Source: the human T2T-CHM13v2.0 reference genome, Homo sapiens. Taken from it: a stretch of 64,000 nucleotides of DNA. The notes beneath the pieces are model-generated. The model made no database searches. It was not told where the DNA came from and was given only the letters and a program-made list of their open reading frames with translations. The DNA lies in assembly GCF_009914755.1 (NCBI RefSeq), contig NC_060944.1; one strand, written 5' to 3'. Shown one piece after another: positions 1-35,151 of the stretch. The translations under genes were made by a program, and so were the position numbers. Position 1 is the first letter of the stretch; each line of letters opens with the position of its first letter.

Positions 1-175
1 TGGAGGCTACAAACGATGGGAGGCGGAGAGGGGTGAGGGTTGAAAAATTACCTATTGGGTGCAACATTCACTATCCGGGTAATGGGGCACTAGAAGCCCA
101 CTCCACCACTATGCAATATATGTATTTGTACCCCGTAAATCTATAAAAATAAAAACTACATTAAAAATAATAATA
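1..175 (+). mobile_element. L1 3' end fragment
   Basis: GAGGGTTGAAAAATTACCTATTGGGT...AAATCTATAAAAATAAAA, typical L1M/L1P 3' UTR. Confidence 0.75.
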
Positions 176-357
176 ATGTCTGGTCATCTAAATAGTACCT
201 CTACAGCTTATTAAGTGCTCTGGAGACGTCCCAGTTGCCTGTCCTTCCCATTAAAGGTGATATCCAGTGCTGATTTCCCCTTCAACCTCGGGTTCCCATA
301 AACCTCTTCTTTCTCACTCCTGCTGCCCTCCGGTACTCCAATAAAGAATGATAGATG

Positions 358-660
358 GGCCGGGAGCAGTGGCTCACGCCTGTAATCCCAGCACTTTGGG
401 AGGCCAAGGCGGATGGATCACCTGAGGTCAGGAGTTGGAGACCAGCCTGGTCAACATGGTGAAACCCCGTTTCTACTAAAATACAAAAATTAGCTGGGCA
501 TGGTGGCGGGCCTCAGTAATCCCAGCTACTCAGGAGGCTGAGGCAGGAGAATCGCTTGAACCCGGGGGCAGAAGTTGCAGTGAGCAGAGATTGTGCCACT
601 GCACTCCAACCTGGGCGACAGAGCAAGACTCCGTCTCAAAAAAGAAAAAAAGAAAAGAAA
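358..660 (+). mobile_element. Alu (S-type)
   Basis: Full dimer with A-tail. Confidence 0.95.
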
Positions 661-1425
661 CAGTCCCAGTATGCATCCATGTGCATGTGCATGCAGGTGT
701 ATCTGCCTGTGAGAGCTGCGCACGCGGCTCTGAGTACCTGGGAAGACACCCATGTACAGATGCTGTACATGTGCGGGGTCACTCTCTGGCGCATTCGGAG
801 GCATGAGGGCTACGTGCAATGCGAGGGAACCTATGTCCAGGCTTCCTTTCTTGGTTTTCCTCCTCTGAACTCATGCATCCCTTCACAAACAGTCCAGCTC
901 CTGGCTAAAAACCTATGTGTGATTTTTCAGCCCAAACACAGGCAATGACAGGTTTTACCTGGCAGGCCTCACAGCTGAGTCGTGCACAGCTGATGCGTTG
1001 CAGTCTTTAAAGACAGTTGCAGACACAGACTCAGGCCTCCTGGACAGTCGACCTCTCACACACATCTCCGCTCCCAACCCAAGTCTTCATTCAGACACGT
1101 CTTCATTGCAGTGGGGTAGGCCTTCGGCCAGGACCTCCTTATCTTGGGGAGTGGAGAATCCTTGAAGACACTTTCCTCCATGCTGACTCAGAAGTTTTCC
1201 CACTCTCCCTTCCCCACCCCATCCCTGGCCCCCAGGTCCGTACAACTTCAGGAGCCTTTTTGTTGGAAGCTTTTCTGCAGTGAGACCAACCCCACACCTG
1301 TGCTCATCCACCCGACCCCAGTTGGCATCATTCTATGAGGAAATTAGAACAGGTGGATCTGTGTTCTACAAAATAAAACAAACCAGGTTCTCTGGTTTAG
1401 CCTCTTTCTTGTACTGTAATAATAA

Positions 1426-1752
<327 letters not shown>

Positions 1753-1814
1753 ATCATTAATCAGCTACTCCAGCACTTAGCAGTTCAGCTCTCTCCTGCT
1801 CAGCTGAGCTCCTG

Positions 1815-2020
1815 ATTGTACAGTGGTTAAGAGCAAACTGCCTCTGCCACTTAGTAACCTGGTGACTTGAAAAATCACTTTGCCTTTTCATCCTTTGGTT
1901 TCTTCATCTGTAAAATGAAAATAACAATAAACAATACCTACTTCACAGGGTGGTTGTTGTGAGGGTGTAGTGAGTTGATGTATGTAAAGCATAACGTAGG
2001 TTCCATTGAAGTGTTTGCTA
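1815..2020. mobile_element. MIR
   Basis: MIR core TTTCTTCATCTGTAAAATG...GTTGTTGTGAGG. Confidence 0.7.
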
Positions 2021-2231
2021 TTGTGTTCAACAGGGTCCATTTCTGCTTGGAGATCCACATGGCTCTGGGGAGTACCTGTTGGCTCAGCCTAGGTCACGTG
2101 TTCCACCTTAACCATCCCTTCCCTGCTCCAAGGTAGAGCCCGTGACCTGAACTAAACCAGCAGGCACGCTCCACCTCCAACACCGGCTCAAGGTGGGCGT
2201 GTAATATAAGCTGGTTCAATTAGAATGAATC

Positions 2232-2533
2232 TTTTTTTTTTTTTTTTAAAGACGGAGTCTCATCCCCCATCACCCAGACTGGAGAGCAGTGGCACAATCT
2301 CAGCTCACTGCAACCTCTGCCTCCCAGGTTCAAGCAATTATCCTGCTTCAGCCTCCTGAGTAGCTGGGATTACAGGTGCCTGCTGCCACGCCCAGCTCAT
2401 TTTTGTATTTTTAGTAGACACAGGGTGTTGCCATGTTGGCCAGGATGGTCTCGAACTCCTGACCTCAAGTGATCCACCCACCTCGGCCTCCCAAAGTGCT
2501 AGGATTACAGGCGTGAACCACTGTGCCCAGCCC
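2232..2533 (-). mobile_element. Alu
   Basis: Reverse Alu consensus. Confidence 0.93.
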
Positions 2534-3424
2534 AATTACAGTGAATCTTAATACACTGGCTGAAAATTCTGGGACACAGCCAGTCTCTCTCTTTCCAACA
2601 GGACATGTACAAGGACCTGTACAACCCTGGGAGATGCTGGCATATTGGGGCCACAAGCAGTGCTGACCTGAAGAAAAGGGCAACACCTCAGAAAACAAAG
2701 TAGATAAATAGAAACCAAGTCCTTGGTGCCATCACTTGATTTCTGGACAAAGCCTCACCTAAGCTATTTATTGACCTGAGCCCTTCATAGTTTAGGCCAA
2801 TGTGATTTGGTTGTTTTGTTACCTGTAACCAAGTATCTTAACACAAAGTGGATCTGTGAGTGACCAGAGCCTCTTGGGGGTTGTAGCAATCTAGTAGTTG
2901 GCCCAGAAAGGCCAACTCTGAGATGGAGTGTAGGGTGCAGAATGTTGAGTAATGAGTGCTCTTGGAATCAACAACTGAGGAAGACAGAAATATGCAGGAT
3001 TGGGCACAGGGAGAAGTTCAGCTGCAGTGCAGGCCCAAGGGTAGTTGCAGCTGAGCCTTCAGGAAGTTCTGGAGCCAGAGTAGCCCTTCTGAGTTGTTCC
3101 AAGCACTGAAGGCCTAGCAAGTTCCAGGGGTATTAAAATCAATAAGCCTGTCAGCCCCGACAATGCCCTCAATAGGTCTGGGCACAGATTGGAGAGAAGC
3201 TGGGCTCCCACTGCACCAGGAGGGAGTGGCCCAGAGCCACTGAGCCATGGAGACTCAGGCAGGGGGTTGCTCCAGCACTTCTTCTGGAGAAGTTTTGAGC
3301 CCCAGATGCAGTTAGCACAGTTGCCCGCCCCTTATCATAAGACGAAGTCCGTTCCCACCACATCTTCTGCAAGACCTAGCTGGGGACCCCGAGACACTGG
3401 CAAAAAAGCAAATGTAAATCCAGC

Positions 3425-3430
3425 TTTATT
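3425..3430 (-). terminator. C20orf96 polyadenylation signal (AATAAA)
   Basis: TTTATT on + strand, ~320 nt past the stop codon. Confidence 0.75.
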
Positions 3431-3489
3431 GGTAAAAAAGGAATAGCAGATTTAATCAGAAATTCCCACCTGGCCCAGCAGCACCAACC

Positions 3490-3640
3490 AGAAAGAAGGG
3501 AAGAAGAGAGGAAAAAACCACAGGAAGAAAGAAAGGAGGGAGGGAGGGAGAGGAGGAAGGAAGGAGGAGGGAAGGGAAGGGGGGAAGAAGGGAGGGAGGG
3601 AGGGAGGGAAAGAAAGAGGGAGGAAGGGCAGAGGGAGCAG
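3490..3640. repeat. Purine-rich (GGAA/GGGA)n tract in C20orf96 3' UTR
   Basis: Directly visible. Confidence 0.85.
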
Positions 3641-3751
3641 GGAGACTGTAGATCAGGGTCTGAATGGAGATCCGGTCCTGGAAGTAAATGATCCAAGGCT
3701 CCAGGTGCTGGGAAGAGAGCAGGAGGGGAGGGCGGCCCATGGCACTGCCAT

Positions 3752-23792
<20,041 letters not shown>

Positions 23793-23999
23793 TGGGGAAA
23801 ATGGAAGAGAAGTTGCGAGTCTGTGAGACCCTGATCTTCTGGTATAACTACTCGGCTTTTCCAACTTCCTTGTCTCAGTGTAGATCGCGCGGTAACCCAG
23901 GCCACTCAGAAGTCCCGAGACCCGATGCTTTCGCCAGCGTCTCGGTCTCCAAGGAAACGCGACGCCGCCTACCGAGCGCCTAAAGGGACTAACCTCTCA

Positions 24000-25240
24000 A
24001 GGCAAAATCTAGTTCGGCCCGCTTTTCAATTTTCAAATTCCCTTCAGTTTGCTCTGCCCATAATCCTAAAATATGATATCATATTTCTCCACTCTCATCA
24101 AACTTCCACCATTTCCTTCGCCATCTTCACTCTTGGCTAATGAGTTTGCTTCCAATTTTACTAAGAAAATTGTGGGAATCAGTAAACCCACAAGTTCATG
24201 GCATCATTTACTCGCCTACTTGCCTCCCTCCCGTAACTACGTATAAACTGCCTACTAAGACCAATTCCTACATTTATGCACCGAATCCTATCCTCTCACG
24301 TTTTCTCAAAGATATTGGCCGAGCAGTTCTCCCCGTTTTTTCCTCCTCTTTTCTCTCTCCTTTGTATCATCAGTATACCAACGTATTTTTAAATTTCTTC
24401 TATTTAAAAAGATTGTCCACAGCCGGACACGGTGGCTCATGCATATAAGCATGAGAGCACTTTGGGAGGCCAGAGGTGGGAAGATCGCTTGAGCCAGAAA
24501 GGTCCAGTCTGCAGTGAGCCACGATCCAGCCACTGCATTCCAGCCTGGTTGACAGAGCAAGACCCTATCTCTAAATAAATAAACAAACCACTTCCCCTCC
24601 AGCCAGCTCCCATTTCTGCTTCATTTTAAAGCAAAACTCCTAGAGAGGTTTGCCTACTCTGTTTCCCATTTTTTTCCCTCCTCTCAATCAGGCTTTCACT
24701 CCCCACTGAAACTGCCCTCGTCAACATCATTGGTGACCTCCACTTTGCTAAACCCCATGGTCACTTCTAGGTCCTCCCTTTATTTGGCCTGTCTGCAGCA
24801 TTTGACACAACAGATCACTCCCTCCCCTGAAACACTTTCTTAACTTAGTATCCAGGAAACCACTCTTGAGTTGCTTCCTGCCTCCTTTTCAGTCTCCTTT
24901 GCTGGTTCCTCCTCTTCTCCCTTTATCATTGTAGTATCCCAGGACTCAGTCCCAGCCCCCTCCCTTCCAGTCTCATGGTTTTGAATACCATCCGTACCCA
25001 GATGCCTCTCAGACTCACGTCTCCATCCTCCCCCTGAATTCCAGCCATGTACATCCAACTGCCTGCTTGGGCCCCTTATAAGCAACTCTAATGTGCAATA
25101 TTTTTCCAGAAACATTTTTCCCGAACTTAAAATGGGGCATCTCTCTTCTTGGAATCATCCTTAACTCATCTCTTATCCCACATCCATCAGCAGATCCTGT
25201 TGCAATAACTTCAACGTATATCTGGAATAGGACCACACAT
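24000..25240 (+). mobile_element. L2 ORF2 relic with nested Alu monomer (24421-24585)
   Basis: RT-like remnant CAATCAGGCTTT..ACTGAAACTGCCCTC..TCTGCAGCATTTGACACA (QSGF..TETAL..SAAFDT). Confidence 0.75.
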
Positions 25241-25701
25241 ACACACACACACACCCCTCTTTCCTTTTGTACCCCAACTAAAGTACTAGTTCCCACCCTT
25301 GCCCTACACCAATTCTCTCTCTACACACCAGATTTGCTAGATAGAGCACGGATTTAAAAGAGAATTCCAGTTTAAAAGATAATTGGGCGGGAGCAATAAT
25401 TTTAAATCACTTAAACTTCAATAGGGGAACATTGCTATAGAATACCATGTCAGAGCTCCCAACCTTTTCTGCCTCTTAAAAATCACAGGAGAATGTGTTT
25501 AAATGCACTGTGGTAAATAGAAGCAGCTGCTAGGATAAAAAGCAATTAGCCCAGGTACTCTGGCTATTCAGGCCCCTCCTGGCTGACCCTAGAGCTGAGG
25601 GAATCACTGTGTTGGGTACCCTCATTTGCAGAGCACACCATATGACAGCACTCTTGCTGGGCAACTCTGTACCAGGAAACCATTAAAAAGTAAAAGATAA
25701 A

Positions 25702-26003
<302 letters not shown>

Positions 26004-26029
26004 TAAAAGATAGGAATACATGACAGATC

Positions 26030-27123
<1,094 letters not shown>

Positions 27124-27124
27124 A

Positions 27125-28123
<999 letters not shown>

Positions 28124-28379
28124 ACGGCCTCAGTGCCCATCCGGACTGCTCTCCTTGCAGGGTACCTGCCTGGCCCCTGTAGCTCCTGATGTAATAATCT
28201 CTGCAAAATTTGACCTGGAAAAAATGAAACTGACCAAAAGGATGGCCCTACACATACCAATGAAATTGTACAACAGAAGAAGATATGATTAGCAAAATTG
28301 GACATGGAGCCAGAACCTAATCCACAAGTCAAATATTTTCAAAATACAGACAGATGCCTTTAAAGTCCAACACAAAACA

Positions 28380-28950
28380 AAAATGCTCAAAATACGTTGA
28401 TTATATGAGAGTTCCTGACTAGTGCAGTAAGACAAGAAAAAGTATAAGATTTGAAAAAAGAGACAAAACCTTCATTATTCACAGACGATATGATTGGCAA
28501 TACAGAAAAGTAAAGAGATTCCAAAAACCACTGGAAATTTTTTAAGGTTTCAACTTTGTTGCCAGATATGGGGTCAGTACACAAAATTCAATCGTGTTTC
28601 CTCTAACGGACACCAACAAACCATATGTAACTTCTGATTTACAATAATTTCACTTACAATAGCAGTCAAACCACGTGGTACTTTGGAATAAATCCCCAAA
28701 AGTATGTAAGACCTTTATGAAGAAAACTATAATATTTTATTGAAATTCATAAAATAAGGCCTAAATAAGTGAGAAATCAAGTGGGGTCATTGATGGAAAG
28801 ACTCCGTGTTATAAAGTGGTAATTCTGTACAAATGCAGTGCAACGCCAATTAAGATCTCATAGTTTCCTGGAACTTAGTAGGCAGGTTGTGAAATTTATA
28901 TGGAGGTTCCAAATATAGCTGAGACCATCTTAAAGAAGACGAAAGAGAGA
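28380..28950 (+). mobile_element. Ancient L1 ORF2 relic
   Basis: TTATTCACAGACGATATGATT (LF(T)DDMI RT motif) and downstream L1M motifs. Confidence 0.7.
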
Positions 28951-29159
28951 GAAGAATGTTTCCCATAAAAGAAGAAACTGGAGTTCAGATTTCTCTTTGG
29001 AAACTGAAAGATCCCCCCACAGTGGACCCTCACTTCTGGAGAGGAATATTCAGCTACAGTTGACTAGCAGTTGCCCCTTCAGATAGAATATTCGATCTCC
29101 AGTTCACCCAGTATATCTTCTACTTAAGGCACCTGCCTGACCCTTGCAGATATTTGATT

Positions 29160-29520
29160 ATGTGATAGTTACCTGGAGTGAGGGCTTAAGATAAGAGGAA
29201 TGGAAGAGATTGTTTAAAATACATCTATTGTTTGGTTGTGTAAGTATTCTCCTCATGGTGAAACTTGACCAGGCAAGTAGAAAGAATAACAGAGAAGTAT
29301 GTGAATCTAAGACATTGATGTTTCTGGTAATGGTGAAGTTCCGAGTATGATCACGGGAATGCGTGGCTGAGAAGGGATAAAGGAAATGGTGCCTGAGGAT
29401 ATAAAGTGAGAGGACTGGAAAGTGCAAACGGCCCAAGTCAGTGGCTCCCCTGAGACCAATACCAGCAGTTGGGATGAAGGGAATCTGCCTGTTAACAAGG
29501 TTTCCTAGGATCTGATGCAC
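29160..29520 (-). mobile_element. L2/CR1-clade endonuclease relic
   Basis: ATHSRDHTRNFTITRN resembles the APE motif PTH..GHTLDL.IT.N. Confidence 0.5.
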
Positions 29521-29572
29521 AGTTCTTGATCCACGGCGTCAGAAATAAAGTGGTTAAATAAATATAAGCTAC

Positions 29573-29885
<313 letters not shown>

Positions 29886-30379
29886 CTATACGTGGGGCTG
29901 CCTATTAACTCCGCCAAGTGACTTAACTCCTGCCTCTTTATCTGTAAAATGGGCATAATTACAGCATTGTTTTTGGAAGATTCCATGTAATAAAGTCTGA
30001 AGTGTGCTTAACACAGTACTGGGAACTTAAGCAGCACTCACACTTCATCCTAAATACGACGAAAGTCTTTTCAAAAAAATAAAAATTAATGCAATATGAC
30101 TTACTTGGAAATGTATCAAAAAATAAAGACCGATGAATGGATCGAGGCGTAGTGTGATAGAGTAAAATTTTAATGATAAAAAGTTAATGGTAAAATGTTC
30201 ACTGTAAAACTTTCAACTTTTCTTCTTGAAAAGGTGCATAATCCGACGTGGGAAAAAAAATAACGCATTGCAGTCAGTTCTGGGGAAACGGAAAGCTAAG
30301 TTTTAATTTTGCTATTGCTTTTGCTTTTTTAACAGAAAAGGTACAAAAAAGAAAAAATGGGAGAGATGTTGCTGAACTC

Positions 30380-31700
30380 CGTCCCGCCTGTGGGCTGTGG
30401 GCCGTTAGCAAAGCTGCTAGCATGAAATCGTCGAGCACCGCTTGCGAAACGCCAAATCCTCGAGAGCGAGGCCGGAGGCTGCCAAACCCGCGCTGGGGAA
30501 AGGGCCGCCTCCGGGCGCCCCATCCCGCTGCGGACGGAGGTGAGGTTGGAGCGAGCGCTGGCGGAAGAGAGGCTCAGCGCAGGGGGCGCAGAGCCGGCGC
30601 TGGCCAATATGCGCCGCATGTGATACCTTTGAGGGCGCGGCGGGGGAGGGTAGCGTCAAATTTCAAAAAAAAAAAAAAACCAAACCCACACAGCCCCGGC
30701 GGGCGGGCGCGCGCGATGGGCGCCCTTTGGCTGCGGGAGCGAGTGGAGGATGCTGGGAAGGAGGTAAAATGGCCACCGGCGGCGGCGCGGAGGAAGAGAG
30801 GAAACGGGGGCGGCCGCAGCTTCTGCCCCCCGCGCGGCCCGCGGCCCGGGGCGAGGAGGCCGACGGCGGCCGCGAGAAGATGGGCTGGGCCCAGGTGGTG
30901 AAGAATCTAGCCGAGAAGAAGGGCGAATTCCGCGAGCCGCGGCCGCCGCGGCGGGAGGAGGAAAGCGGCGGCGGTGGAGGGAGCGCCGGGCTCGGCGGCC
31001 CCGCGGGCCTGGCGGCGCCGGACCTCGGCGACTTCCCACCGGCTGGCCGCGGGGACCCGAAGGGCCGTCGGAGAGATCCGGCCGGCGAGGCGGTGGACCC
31101 CCGCAAAAAGAAGGGCGCTGCGGAGGCGGGCAGGAGGAAGAAGGCCGAGGCGGCGGCGGCCGCCATGGCGACCCCGGCCAGGCCCGGCGAGGCCGAGGAC
31201 GCGGCCGAGCGGCCCCTCCAGGATGAGCCGGCGGCGGCGGCAGGCCCGGGCAAGGGTCGCTTCCTCGTCCGCATCTGTTTCCAGGGAGACGAGGGCGCCT
31301 GCCCGACCCGGGACTTCGTGGTAGGAGCGCTTATCCTGCGCTCCATCGGCATGGACCCGAGCGACATCTACGCGGTCATCCAGATCCCGGGCAGCCGCGA
31401 ATTCGACGTGAGCTTCCGCTCAGCGGAGAAGCTGGCCCTGTTCCTACGCGTCTACGAGGAGAAGCGGGAGCAGGAGGACTGCTGGGAGAACTTTGTGGTG
31501 CTGGGGCGGAGCAAGTCCAGCTTGAAGACGCTCTTCATCCTCTTCCGGAACGAGACGGTGGACGTGGAGGACATTGTGACTTGGCTCAAGCGCCACTGCG
31601 ACGTGCTGGCCGTGCCGGTGAAAGTGACCGACAGGTTTGGGATCTGGACCGGGGAGTACAAATGCGAGATCGAGCTGCGCCAGGGGGAGGGCGGGGTCAG
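30380..31700. promoter_or_regulatory. CpG island / ZCCHC3 promoter
   Basis: Very high CpG density over the 5' end and much of the CDS; CCAAT at ~30604. Confidence 0.85.
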
Positions 31701-31980
31701 GCACTTGCCAGGGGCCTTCTTCCTGGGGGCCGAGAGGGGCTACAGCTGGTACAAGGGGCAGCCCAAGACATGCTTTAAATGTGGTTCCCGGACCCACATG
31801 AGCGGCAGCTGCACGCAGGACAGGTGCTTCAGGTGCGGGGAGGAGGGGCACCTGAGCCCTTACTGCCGGAAGGGCATCGTGTGCAACCTCTGTGGCAAGC
31901 GAGGACACGCCTTTGCCCAGTGTCCCAAAGCAGTGCACAATTCCGTGGCAGCTCAGCTAACCGGCGTGGCCGGGCACTAA
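30769..31980 (+). CDS. ZCCHC3: Zinc finger CCHC domain-containing protein 3, intronless, 403 aa
   Basis: True ATG at 30769 in strong context (aaaATGG); the ORF track starts earlier at a TTG. Translation MATGGGAEEERKRG... has three CX2CX4HX4C knuckles (CFKCGSRTHMSGSC, CFRCGEEGHLSPYC, CNLCGKRGHAFAQC). Confidence 0.97.
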   Translation: MATGGGAEEERKRGRPQLLPPARPAARGEEADGGREKMGWAQVVKNLAEKKGEFREPRPPRREEESGGGGGSAGLGGPAGLAAPDLGDFPPAGRGDPKGRRRDPAGEAVDPRKKKGAAEAGRRKKAEAAAAAMATPARPGEAEDAAERPLQDEPAAAAGPGKGRFLVRICFQGDEGACPTRDFVVGALILRSIGMDPSDIYAVIQIPGSREFDVSFRSAEKLALFLRVYEEKREQEDCWENFVVLGRSKSSLKTLFILFRNETVDVEDIVTWLKRHCDVLAVPVKVTDRFGIWTGEYKCEIELRQGEGGVRHLPGAFFLGAERGYSWYKGQPKTCFKCGSRTHMSGSCTQDRCFRCGEEGHLSPYCRKGIVCNLCGKRGHAFAQCPKAVHNSVAAQLTGVAGH

Positions 31981-33473
31981 ACACCCGCCTGCCTGCCAGG
32001 GTGAACACACAGCCAGCTTATCCCTCTTAAGTGCCAAAACTTTTTTTTAAACCATTTTTTATCGTTTTTGAAGGAGATCTTTTTAAAACCTACAAGAGAC
32101 ATCTCTCTATGCCTTCTTAAACCGAGTTTACTCCATTTCAGCCTGTTCTGAATTGGTGACTCTGTCACCAATAACGACTGCGGAGAACTGTAGCGTGCAG
32201 ATGTGTTGCCCCTCCCTTTTAAAATTTTATTTTCGTTTTTCTATTGGGTATTTGTTTTGTTTCTTGTACTTTTTCTCTCTCTCCTTGCCCCCCTCCCGCC
32301 CTCCCCGCCCCATACCTTTTCTTCCCCTGGATTTTCACCCTTTGGGCTGCCTTGCTCATCTTTATGCCCCAGCACTAGGTACGGGGCCCAACACGTGGTA
32401 GGCACTCCATCAGTGTTTGCTGAATTGAAAACATTGTTGACTGTGGCTTCTATCAGAGTGTCTACCTTTTGCAGCTCTTCCCCTCCCTCATTTAATTTGC
32501 TGCTTTTAATCTACGTGGTCTGAGAATTTGTGAAACCAGTGTTGTTAGAAGTGTATATAATCTGAATCAATAAGCTCTGAATGGTGGCCAAGGGCCTCTC
32601 TTATGGCACAAAGATGCATGGACTTCATGACAGCTCTTTTGGTGGCTCAGAAGCCATTTTTTATAGAATCATGGAATCTAGAATATTCCTGCTGGAAAGA
32701 ACCTGAGAGTTGGTTTGGACCAATTCCCTGGTTTTCCAGCAGATGAAACAGGCCCAAAGAGGTTAAATGACTGGGTGAAAATCACATAGCTGTCTGGTGC
32801 CAGAGCCAGCCTATAGTAGAGTCCCCTGACCCCAAGCCCGGTGCTCATTCCACTACCTCTCACACTTCACAACAATTTCCTCAACACTTGAGGGCCCAGA
32901 AAGTCTGATCTCTCCAGAATGATCAGCCCAGAGGAATGCTGAGAAATCACCTGGAGGAGGGAGCAGAAAGAGAAGGTTTTTAAGGAGGGGCTTCTGAATA
33001 CTTGGGAGATACGGAACGGACCAAGGACCACACTCCAGGGTGCATTCGTTGCTCCCTGGGGCACCACTTCTGGATTACAGTGTGCCAGGTCCTTTGGAGG
33101 CCCTACCCCTTCCCCATTCATTGCCACCAGTGAGAAATGGGGGTGCCCCTGTGTAAAGAAACCTACCAAAGGTTTACATTTGCACCTTAGCCTCAATAGC
33201 TACGAACCCTAGAGAAGCAGCTAGCTGGAGCTCATGTGCAACTCCTGATTCTCAGGAGAAAGATGGATTTTAACCCAAAATTATGAGTGAGCTGTTAACT
33301 CTAAAATGTACTTGGGAGATAGGCCAAGCGAGAGGTCATGGGCCAACTAAGTGTTATCCAGTAGAAAAGACAGTACACTGCTTTTCTTTTAGTGTTTGCT
33401 TTTCCTTTGCTATATGTTTTGCTATTTCCTTGTGGCTTAGAATGTAAAATTGATTGTTAAAAGTTTTGTTCTG

Positions 33474-33479
33474 AATAAA
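33474..33479 (+). terminator. ZCCHC3 polyadenylation signal
   Basis: AATAAA ending a ~1.5-kb repeat-poor 3' UTR, flanked by U/GU-rich sequence. Confidence 0.8.
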
Positions 33480-34857
33480 TATTTATCTTTTGTATTGCTA
33501 AAACTGGTGCACTATTTCCTTTCAAAGTGTTAGATGCACAGTTACCCAGCTCCAGACCGTATTTCAATCCCACTTCCCCTACACTCCATTTGTTTACCTT
33601 GCTAAATACATTTCCCACCCCTGCAGGCAACACTTAGCACCTACTACGTTGTGCCGGTCCCTTTGCATCACAATCAGCACACTGTTAAAACGGGTTTTAA
33701 GTCCTAACACAGTTCCAATAAATCAGAATCACTGTTAGAGGAAGTGAAACATTTTAGTTAATCATCCTCAAGCAATTCTGATGGGCAGCCAGGTTTGAGA
33801 CCAGAGTATAAGATGTGTGAGCTGAACCCTGCCCTCAGGGAGATTACAGACCTGTGGGAAAGAGAGGTGGTTTGCCAGCTTCCTCGTCTTTCTGTTACTG
33901 TAAGCGCGCGCTGTGGATGGGATGCAAAATATTCTTGGGTTCTGGGAAAATGCCATTTCTTCCAGCTGTTGAAAAAGCGGGATCCAGGGAGCTGACTTCT
34001 CCAAGTTAGCCCCCACTGGAGACTGGGCCTGCAGGCAGAATAGGGTCAAGGTCCCTGGACTTCAGGTCCAATACCCTGCAGACCCCAGATACAACTCTCT
34101 GAAGGATTTTCCAGCTGGTGATGCTAGGATGATCTGATCCTGAGAGTTAAACGTTCCCAGTATATTGACTCTGACTCAGTGATTTGAGGATATTTCCAGA
34201 GCTGATCTGGAGTTGGGACCTGGTAGGCTCTTGGGAATCCTGTCTTTCAGAGCCAGTTCAACCCCTCTCCTTGTCTCCCAAAGCAAGCAGACTCTCCCCT
34301 CCCTCCCATCCCTCTTTCCCGTCTTTGCCAGCGGTTTCCCTCCCTCTCACAGAGCTGGAGGCCAGGGGCCAGGAGAAAGCCTGCATTCACCATACTCTCC
34401 ACTCCGTTCCTCAAAGCAGGCACTGTGCCAGGGAGCCTCCTTGAAGGAACCTTCCCTCTCCTGGCCCCATCCCCCCACTCTCCAGGAGGGAGGAGAGGAA
34501 GAAACTGTTTCCCTGCCCATCCCCCACAGGATCTGCTTCAAGGCCTCCTGCCTGGTGGCCCAGGGACAGCCAGGGGCTGGAGCTGAACAAACCTCCCCCA
34601 GCTTCCTTTCCTGATCAAGCAGCCCTCAAATTACAATTCTTCACTGTTTTTGGGCTCCTGGAAAGTGTGCAGAGATGCCCGGACTGAGGCTGGTTGACTA
34701 GGGGACATTGATTCATTCCACTTCAACAAATACGGAGGGCATTAGAGCTGGGCCCCATGCAAGGCCCTCTGCATAGGCTGCCTTGAACAAGACAGTGCAC
34801 TTGCAATGGAAGGTACAGATAAGTAACAGTAGGCAATGTTTACAATCATATATTTAA

Positions 34858-35151
<294 letters not shown>

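Noticed and set aside
30727-30768. 14-aa N-terminal extension of ZCCHC3 in the ORF track
   Set aside because: Starts at TTG; the ATG at 30769 has optimal context.
30656-31938. Antisense ORFs over ZCCHC3
   Set aside because: GC-rich shadow ORFs with no independent support.
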